From NCBI GenBank assembly GCA_043803945.1, contig JAZDJN010000035.1:32001-96000 (forward strand): a stretch of 64,000 bases of DNA, written 5' to 3'. A program made the position numbers and the translations under genes. This stretch comes from a bacterium (GTDB lineage Bacteria > Bacteroidota > Ignavibacteria > UBA10030). Each line of letters starts with the position of its first letter. Position 1 is the stretch's first letter. A model generated the notes under the pieces. The model saw only the letters and a program-made list of their open reading frames with translations, was not told the DNA's origin and ran no database searches. This document shows positions 57,248-64,000 of the stretch, in pieces.

Positions 57248-60200
57248 TTACATTTCCATTGTCATCATACCGGGAATGATCGGTGAAAAGGAACTCTCAC
57301 ATGATTCATCAACCAGTGTTACACGATACTCCCAAATATCGATTGAATTCTCTAGAGGTGGATAATCCAAATAAGAACTGCTCAAAGCACTTACTGCACC
57401 GATGAATTCAAAAGCATTGTTTGGATAATTCCATGCAACAGGACGACGATAGATCCTGTAATACCATGGCGAACCGGGGCAACCAACATTTTCCCAATAC
57501 ACTTCGATACTATTGACCAGATTTCCACTTGCGCTTCCCCAGGTCGGTGCAGGTGGTGGATTTGTAGCAATGAAGGAAGCATAAATCGTATTATTGGATT
57601 GAACATTATAGAAAGTATAGCCTTCAACATTTCCCTGTGGGGATCCATTAACGAATACATTTTTGACCCGCGAAGTCCAGTTTTCAGAATAAATTGAGAA
57701 TGTTTTATTTTGTCCTTCTACCACTTGCACAGAACCACTTGGATCTATATAACCACCTGATCCTTGAACACTTGCATTGATTGTATAGATACGATTAAAG
57801 TTCGCTGTTATGTCTTTGGAACCATCCATTGTAACAATAATAGATGACTGTGATCCACTTGCACTTCCACTCCAATTGCTGAATGTATAACCGGTGGCCA
57901 CTGTCGCAGTCAATGTAACCTGCTCACCATGGGTGTATTGCGTCTTATTCGGTGATTTCGAAACCGTGCCTCCTCCCGAGGGATTTATAGAAATACTCAA
58001 TGCATACGAGTTCTGGGTAAAGTTTGCTGTAATATTTTTCTCACTGTCCATGGTAACCACTATTTGTGACTGTGATCCACTTGCACTTCCACTCCAATTG
58101 CTGAATGTATAACCGGTGGCCGCTGTCGCAGTCAATGTAACCTGCTCACCATGGGTGTATTGCGTCTTATCCGGTGATTTCGAAACCGTGCCTCCTCCCG
58201 AAAGATTTATCTCGATATTTAATGAATAATTAGGATACTGAGTTGTAAAGTTCCTCACTTCCGACCATGCACTACTATCTGTACTCTTGATCGCTTGAAT
58301 CCTCCAAAAGTACTGTGTGCTATAATCAAGCCCATTGAGATAATAACTATTTGAGCCACACGGTTGATCTCTTAACACACTCTCGTTTGTAAATGTTGAA
58401 CTCGTCGCGACCTGAACGCGATAAGACGTTGCTTCAGTTACTGCACTCCATTGAAGTGTGATATCTGTCGGTAAATCGGATCCTCCATTATCTGGATTCG
58501 AAAGATCAGGAGGTGGCAAAGTAATCTTAAAGAGCTTGCCTTCACCCGGAGGAAAAGCGCTTGTAAAAGTTCCGTTTGGATTCAGAACCGCTTTTGAACA
58601 ATCTTCTACATTGACTATTGATTTCTTTGATGTATAGTCAAAATATAGTGTAATATTTCTATTGTCTGATGGATGCGTCCGCCGATTAACCACATAGAAG
58701 TACTGTGTGTTGTCTCTTAGAAAATTCGCTGTTTCAACATACCTATCTTCACCAGTAACTCCAGTCGAACAGTTTGTAATTGTATTGGTATTATCCCAAA
58801 CACCAGCCGTTGATTGATCATGCCAGCCTTTTGCGCCACGCCAAGTCAACGATACTAAGGTCGGTCCAAGGATTGATATTCTTTGATTTAATGCTCTGAT
58901 AGCCTCCCATTTATTTCCGCCATAAGAAAGATTCTCTGGATAGACAATTCTTTCAGATCCATTACGATCGAGAATCCCAATTCCCCACGGTTTACCCACC
59001 TCTACTGGAGTCGATTGATAGAGGAAATAATTGATTCCTTTGACTCCATATGCCAATGCTAGGTTTGTCATCATGCGGAGTTCTTGGAGTGTCGGTTCAC
59101 GATTTGAACCCCCATCATTTGGATTTGGCTCATACCATTCATGTGCTTGAAGTGTAATCCAAAATGGAACCCCTTGCTCATTTGAAACAAGAATATTTGG
59201 CTTAAGACAACGATCAATAAATTCACCTTGTACACCATCGGCATTCCATCCAGCATTCATCCCGTTTTGTAGCCGATTGAAGTAATCTGCTTCACCTGGG
59301 AGCGGATAATCTGATTTGATAGGATAATTGTCAGTTAGATTTTGCTTATTTCGGGTCCATAAAATGTTTCTTCTCACATAAGTAGCGATAGTATCAGGAT
59401 AATCACTCTTATGCCAAGCCATATTATAATGCAATCCTGTTTTGCCCGATGAGCCTACATTATTCTGTATTATTTGTTCTGTATGTCCAACAGCATGCCA
59501 TTCAGCCATATTAGGTTCGTCGCGAATTTTAAACCTAGCTAATGCAGAGTATGGTTTAAACAAATTCACCTCATTATTTATTAAGGAATCATATTGACCA
59601 TTAAAGATCGAGTTACCGTCCTCATCATCAATAAATATCGCGTCGAGATAACAACTGACCAACCCATGCCAGTATACTTGATAGTCATAGGGAGTGGTTG
59701 ATGTAAAACGATTTTTTTTATCAAACTCCCCTGTCGTATACGTTACATTATCGACTTCAATTAATGGTGAAGCCATTCCTTCGGGAGGCGGTGGTGCCTG
59801 GGGAGCTACAGCGGTTTTAAAAAATTTTAGAGCAGTTATTGTTTGATATGAACCATCGTTTGTAAAACGATTGGCATAAACAATCGAATCCTTAACGTTT
59901 GTTCCACACACAACTTTCACCGTAACAACAGGTGTTTGGTCTATAGTAGTGCCCGATGGTAGGCGCATTCTGACTTTTACAAAATATGGTACTGAATCAG
60001 TTTGTTCCTTGTTTGTTATTAGTCCTTTGGCTAAGAATCCTGAGTCTGGATGAACGTTAATGAGAGCGCTTCTTGCATTATTTTGATTCTGTAGATTATC
60101 TGGAAATTTCGATGCAATCTGTCCGTCATTCATCAGATCACCAATCAAATTACTCTGTGAATATTGTTGAGCATTCTCTGGGTGATATTCCCACCGCTGG

Positions 60201-60535
60201 CCGCTTGTTGCATCGCGTGAAATAATGCGCCGATCAATTACCAGTTTTATACCTTGAGAGGCAGCATAATCCAATGCATTTTTCGTGTCGCGTTCACTAT
60301 ATTGGCCTTGAAAGGTGATCATTCCCCAATTCAATCCCAGGTTTTTTATTTTTTGAAAGTCTGCCGAGGTCAGCGGATTTGTATCACCATTCGGTTTATT
60401 AAGCCATTCTGCCCCAATAATAAACTCTGTTTGTTGCGCTTGCCCCCTAGTTATACTTAGGCCTAAAAAAGTTACTAGTAAAAGTAGCAGACGCCCAATG
60501 TATCCTTTTTGTATAGGCATATTATTTTCCTCCAC
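57248..60535 (-). CDS. Secreted multidomain protein: glycoside-hydrolase-like barrel, FN3, two InlB-B/Flg_new-type repeats, FN3
   Basis: Signal peptide; DEP...YPI...EPT..E.R....ALAYG.KGI.YF; L.W..V..A..Y.VQV; VTLTAT...GYTFSNWSG x2. Confidence 0.75.
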   Translation of the reverse strand: MEENNMPIQKGYIGRLLLLLVTFLGLSITRGQAQQTEFIIGAEWLNKPNGDTNPLTSADFQKIKNLGLNWGMITFQGQYSERDTKNALDYAASQGIKLVIDRRIISRDATSGQRWEYHPENAQQYSQSNLIGDLMNDGQIASKFPDNLQNQNNARSALINVHPDSGFLAKGLITNKEQTDSVPYFVKVRMRLPSGTTIDQTPVVTVKVVCGTNVKDSIVYANRFTNDGSYQTITALKFFKTAVAPQAPPPPEGMASPLIEVDNVTYTTGEFDKKNRFTSTTPYDYQVYWHGLVSCYLDAIFIDDEDGNSIFNGQYDSLINNEVNLFKPYSALARFKIRDEPNMAEWHAVGHTEQIIQNNVGSSGKTGLHYNMAWHKSDYPDTIATYVRRNILWTRNKQNLTDNYPIKSDYPLPGEADYFNRLQNGMNAGWNADGVQGEFIDRCLKPNILVSNEQGVPFWITLQAHEWYEPNPNDGGSNREPTLQELRMMTNLALAYGVKGINYFLYQSTPVEVGKPWGIGILDRNGSERIVYPENLSYGGNKWEAIRALNQRISILGPTLVSLTWRGAKGWHDQSTAGVWDNTNTITNCSTGVTGEDRYVETANFLRDNTQYFYVVNRRTHPSDNRNITLYFDYTSKKSIVNVEDCSKAVLNPNGTFTSAFPPGEGKLFKITLPPPDLSNPDNGGSDLPTDITLQWSAVTEATSYRVQVATSSTFTNESVLRDQPCGSNSYYLNGLDYSTQYFWRIQAIKSTDSSAWSEVRNFTTQYPNYSLNIEINLSGGGTVSKSPDKTQYTHGEQVTLTATAATGYTFSNWSGSASGSQSQIVVTMDSEKNITANFTQNSYALSISINPSGGGTVSKSPNKTQYTHGEQVTLTATVATGYTFSNWSGSASGSQSSIIVTMDGSKDITANFNRIYTINASVQGSGGYIDPSGSVQVVEGQNKTFSIYSENWTSRVKNVFVNGSPQGNVEGYTFYNVQSNNTIYASFIATNPPPAPTWGSASGNLVNSIEVYWENVGCPGSPWYYRIYRRPVAWNYPNNAFEFIGAVSALSSSYLDYPPLENSIDIWEYRVTLVDESCESSFSPIIPGMMTMEM
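57846..58200. repeat. Near-identical intragenic duplication, period 222 bp
   Basis: GACTGTGATCCACTTGCACTTCC... at 57846 and 58068. Confidence 0.9.
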
Positions 60536-60575
60536 TTGAAAATAGATCCCACTTAAGGTATCTTGTAAATAAAAA

Positions 60576-60667
60576 GCCCTCAGTGCCCTTGATCAGGGCT
60601 GAACTATCACTCTCTTGGCGGGGAGTATTTTTCATCCTGTCATGAAATTGTTGACAGGACTGGGGGC
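60576..60667 (-). promoter_or_regulatory. Structured leader / attenuator-like element
   Basis: Closing stem GCCCTCAGT/ACTGGGGGC enclosing three hairpins, followed by TTTTT on the minus strand. Confidence 0.45.
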
Positions 60668-60831
60668 ATTTAATTATTAGAACATCCGAATATTCAATAC
60701 ACTAGAATTTTAGCATACCTTCTTGCGTGAAAAGCAATCCGGTAATTTGCATGCTTTTCGTGTCAACGTTTCTATTCAGATGCTCTATTGTTTTATTTGA
60801 TCAAAATCAAAACACTTTTATTTTTCCTTTT

Positions 60832-62472
60832 CTATCTAACAAGTATCGCCTTCTTCGTTTCTTGTATTTGTTGATCAACAGTTAAGGTGTAATAGTAAAC
60901 ACCGGATGAAACCTTATTTCCTACGGCATCACTTCCGTTCCATGGTACTCGATAATCCCCAGATTCTTGCACTTTTTCAACAAGCCTTATTATTTCTCTT
61001 CCCAAAGAATCGAATATTACCAATTTTACAAGACCTCTCTTTATAATCGCGTATTCAATTGTGGTAGATGGATTAAAAGGATTGGGGTAGTTTTGACGGA
61101 GCTTAAAGTCTGTTGGAAAATCACCTAACTCCTCAACAAGGGTAAACCAAGGATCTCCACTAAGAACCACGACATACCCATCCATTGAGTATGCACCATA
61201 ATCTGCTGGGACGGTTGTGCCAAAATCATTCACACCATCACCGTTGATATCTCCAAGAGATGATGTTCTATCAAAAGCAGTACTTCCCACTAATCCTCTT
61301 GTTCGAATTCCTACTCGCTGCTGGGATAGTACTTTCCCACCTAGATAGACAAATATTGCTACACCGGGTGCCCCGACTACATAACATGGAACAGCAAAAT
61401 CATTTATGCCATCCTTATTGACATCTCCGATATCCGTTGCATAATGGCTGAAACGAAATGCTGTTGTGTCCGGACTCTTGAGAATAAAGCTAGGCTTCCA
61501 ATCGACTGTATCCTGTCTGCCAAAAAACAATAATAAACTGATTAATCTATTACCCAAACATGAAATATCCATTACCCCATCATTATTTACATCTAAAAGA
61601 TTAAAATATGGCAAGTTTTCAATATTTAATTCTTTCAATCCAAGTCTTTGATACGCGTGGCTCTTTGAGAATGTCCAATCTTTCCTCCCTAAAAATATTT
61701 CTAATGACCCCTTGAGTGTGTCTCCAGTAAGAGATCTTGAATCTGATCCTATACACAAATCTTTCAATCCATCCCCGTTTATGTCGCCTATTTTCACTTG
61801 TGTGCCAAACATTGATTTTATCTTTTCCCCTATTGCCGTAACATCGGGTGCAGTACTAAATATTGGTTTTCCGAAATACACATATACCTTTCCTTCTAAC
61901 CTACCGTAATTGGGTGCACCAATTACCAAGTCATTATACCCATCAGCATTGATATCTCCTATATCCATCGCCGAACCAAAACGGGTTTCACTTAATACTC
62001 CACCGGGCAACTCAGCTGGAATAGCCAATCCTGGTATCGTGTCCAATACCAACGGATTCGAAATTGTTGGTATTCGTCCAAAATATATAAAGACTGTATC
62101 GGGAGCATAGGAAGTATATATACCTTGATGGACAATAAGATCCTTCTTACCATCTCCATTCAAGTCTCCCATCACCATGTTATCGCCACCTGAGAGAATG
62201 ATGTCGGGCTTGTCATCGAGTATTCTAGGACCACCAAAATAGATAAAGGTTTTACCAATCCCCTGAGCACTCACTGCGAAATCCGGCCAACCATCTCCAT
62301 TGATATCTCCCAGTCCGAGAATACCAGTACCAAGCATCATCTTCGATCCAGGCGTACCTTCTACTTCTAGAATGGTCTTTAGATATTGTGCGTTGACATG
62401 ACCAGTTGATAAAATAATCAGAACTATTATTGTTAATATATATCCAACTCGATCGAATAATTGTTTCATCAT
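60832..62472 (-). CDS. FG-GAP repeat beta-propeller protein with T9SS type A C-terminal domain
   Basis: Repeated GDINGDG..D units; LRQNYPNPFNPST C-terminus; signal peptide. Confidence 0.9.
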   Translation of the reverse strand: MMKQLFDRVGYILTIIVLIILSTGHVNAQYLKTILEVEGTPGSKMMLGTGILGLGDINGDGWPDFAVSAQGIGKTFIYFGGPRILDDKPDIILSGGDNMVMGDLNGDGKKDLIVHQGIYTSYAPDTVFIYFGRIPTISNPLVLDTIPGLAIPAELPGGVLSETRFGSAMDIGDINADGYNDLVIGAPNYGRLEGKVYVYFGKPIFSTAPDVTAIGEKIKSMFGTQVKIGDINGDGLKDLCIGSDSRSLTGDTLKGSLEIFLGRKDWTFSKSHAYQRLGLKELNIENLPYFNLLDVNNDGVMDISCLGNRLISLLLFFGRQDTVDWKPSFILKSPDTTAFRFSHYATDIGDVNKDGINDFAVPCYVVGAPGVAIFVYLGGKVLSQQRVGIRTRGLVGSTAFDRTSSLGDINGDGVNDFGTTVPADYGAYSMDGYVVVLSGDPWFTLVEELGDFPTDFKLRQNYPNPFNPSTTIEYAIIKRGLVKLVIFDSLGREIIRLVEKVQESGDYRVPWNGSDAVGNKVSSGVYYYTLTVDQQIQETKKAILVR

Positions 62473-62847
62473 TAAACACCTACCAGGTCAACAAATCACT
62501 TGAGAAACGATACATAGCTTGACATTTGTAAGTCCATATTTCAATCATTATTGTCCGAGCGCTCTTTTCAGAAGAAAATAATTTATTCATTCTTCTAGAT
62601 TGTGAGCTTATGTCTTTATCCTTGTTGGATTCTATTATGTGTTTGCAGTTGGATGAAAGAAGGAGAACGGAAAGGATCAGTAGAATATAAGATTCATAGA
62701 CCTGTCCGCAATAAAGATGGCAGTTCAGGTTCGTACCTTCAACAAAGTTGCTCCTCTTTACAGTCTCTTCTTTCTTCACGCGAATCAAACGGAGTACAAC
62801 TCGCTATGGTGCTGGAAGAGGGTAGAAATAAAACTATTTATTGTCAA

Positions 62848-62887
62848 TCAGGTAAACACCTGAAAAATGGAAGAAAAACACCTGAGG
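62848..62887 (-). promoter_or_regulatory. Island-associated motif copy 3
   Basis: TCAGGTAAACACCTGA at 62848-62863, second AAACACCTGAGG 22 bp away. Confidence 0.75.
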
Positions 62888-63105
62888 CGAATTTTAAGTG
62901 AATTAAGGGCTATTTTTAATTAATCTGGCCTATTCCTCGCTTTTAATACAATTATGCTTGATTGGCTTAAATTGTTCCGAAAATCATCCTTGTCGATTGG
63001 TGGTCATTATGTTGGACCGTATAGATTACTCAATAACAATAGAATGCCCATGTTCATTGCTGCATTGACCGGCTGATGCGGCTAGCGATATAAATAAAGC
63101 GGTAA

Positions 63106-63178
63106 CCACGACAATCCGTACTTTGAACTAGGGAGGCGGATCAGGGAGCACTGTTTCACTTATCGGGGGAAAGGATAG
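63106..63178. repeat. Island-end block shared with 34257-34312
   Basis: CCACGACAATCCGTACTTTGAACTAGGGAGGC and GGGAAAGGATAG. Confidence 0.8.
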
Positions 63179-63228
63179 ATAAGGTTTGTAAGAACATCTC
63201 TCGCTGAAACCAGCAAAAGGCCGAGGAT

Positions 63229-64000
63229 TTAAAAATATCCAATACGCTCTTCTCGTGCTCGCAAATCTCTAAATTGATTAACGGTGATTTGCGCTGACAT
63301 CTTCTTCTCCCTCAAATCTTTGACAGCCCGAACTCTTTCAACCGCTAACTGTATCGCTGTCTCAAGTGCATCAAAGATGTCGTCATGTGCTCCATCGGGA
63401 AAATCATTCAACTCTCCCTTTACTAGAGCCATGCGTCCTTTAAGAAAGAATACTTTTCGATTTTGAAAGTATGGCTGAACTGCAAATCCTCTTGTAATCT
63501 TGTCACTCCCCCTGCTAACCTGCACCGCTGGAACTTCAGTGGTTTCGATTAAATGTTGCTCCATCGCTGCCTGATATGCAACAGCTTCAATCCCAACCAA
63601 CTGACTCCCCCACTTACGGTGTGTGGCAACGATAGCTCTCGTCTGCTCGCCAAACGTGTATTTATTTCTAACAAAATCCAAGCAGTAAATATTGAAATTG
63701 TAATCTACCCCAATAGTGAAGTCTACAAAGTAATCCGCTTTGTTGCTTTTACTCGACGCTAAATCTGTACCATCTACAATCACAAGATCATCAAAGTCCA
63801 CGATCGCGCCATCCGAAAACCTCTTGATGTTTCCATCTGGCGTAAACTCAAAATCATTATCCATCCATGCCATCTGGAACACCTTGTTCTTTTCTTCTGT
63901 GATCTCCTGCTGCTGTTCCCTATCAAACACCCATGGAGTTGTCGCATTCTCTAACTTCTTTTCTAACATCTTCTCGATTGGCCACATATCCGAAGCTAGA
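63229..64000 (-). CDS. terL: Terminase large subunit, C-terminal nuclease domain (5' part outside window)
   Basis: EQQQ, G.DLA....ADY, IEAVAYQ, DKITR, EL..FPDGAHDDIFDA. Confidence 0.9.
   Translation of the reverse strand, partial: LASDMWPIEKMLEKKLENATTPWVFDREQQQEITEEKNKVFQMAWMDNDFEFTPDGNIKRFSDGAIVDFDDLVIVDGTDLASSKSNKADYFVDFTIGVDYNFNIYCLDFVRNKYTFGEQTRAIVATHRKWGSQLVGIEAVAYQAAMEQHLIETTEVPAVQVSRGSDKITRGFAVQPYFQNRKVFFLKGRMALVKGELNDFPDGAHDDIFDALETAIQLAVERVRAVKDLREKKMSAQITVNQFRDLRAREERIGYF

Larger units (their letters stand above)
53150..63220. mobile_element. Cargo island 3: secreted-protein cluster with IS elements
   Basis: Lies between terminase and portal; boundaries approximate. Confidence 0.7.
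1..64000 (-). mobile_element. Large tailed phage / prophage (possibly phage-plasmid) backbone with three cargo islands; extends beyond both window ends
   Basis: Terminase, portal-like and fibre genes plus many small co-oriented minus-strand genes with overlapping stops/starts; no host housekeeping genes seen. Confidence 0.88.

Noticed and set aside
62480-62901. ORFs 62480..62788(-) and 62602..62901(+)
   Set aside because: Weak starts and no domains; at most a lipoprotein signal remnant, so not supportable as genes.

Overview
The window is mostly the minus-strand backbone of a large tailed phage or prophage. Reading right to left it carries the terminase C-terminus, a portal-like protein, a fibre module with a 4423-aa Gly/Ser/Val/Cys repeat protein, and about 17 kb of small early genes (DNA MTase, ATP-dependent ligase, JAB/RadC, KTSC, minimal PolX, SbcC-like ATPase) behind repeated TTGAC-type promoters. 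Three cargo islands of about 7.5-10 kb interrupt the backbone. Island 1 (~5450-13050) is a decayed integron: an intI C-terminal remnant, an attI-like site and four attC cassettes (Gabija, an MDR oxidoreductase, a Zn-ribbon protein and BrnT/BrnA). Island 2 (~24550-34350) is an uncharacterised four-gene cluster with a giant NTPase and a PD-(D/E)XK nuclease. Island 3 (~53150-63220) lies between terminase and portal and holds T9SS-type secreted proteins, IS481 and an IS21 remnant, which suggests an FCB-group-like host. Two DNA-level signals stand out. First, an identical 16-mer, TCAGGTAAACACCTGA, with a second half-site 22 bp away, lies upstream of the cargo in all three islands in the same relative orientation. 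Second, a 16-bp palindrome, GTCTCACCGGTGAGAC, is arrayed at 4911-5117 and recurs exactly inside three backbone genes, like a parS site. All calls come from reading motifs by eye; no database searches were run.
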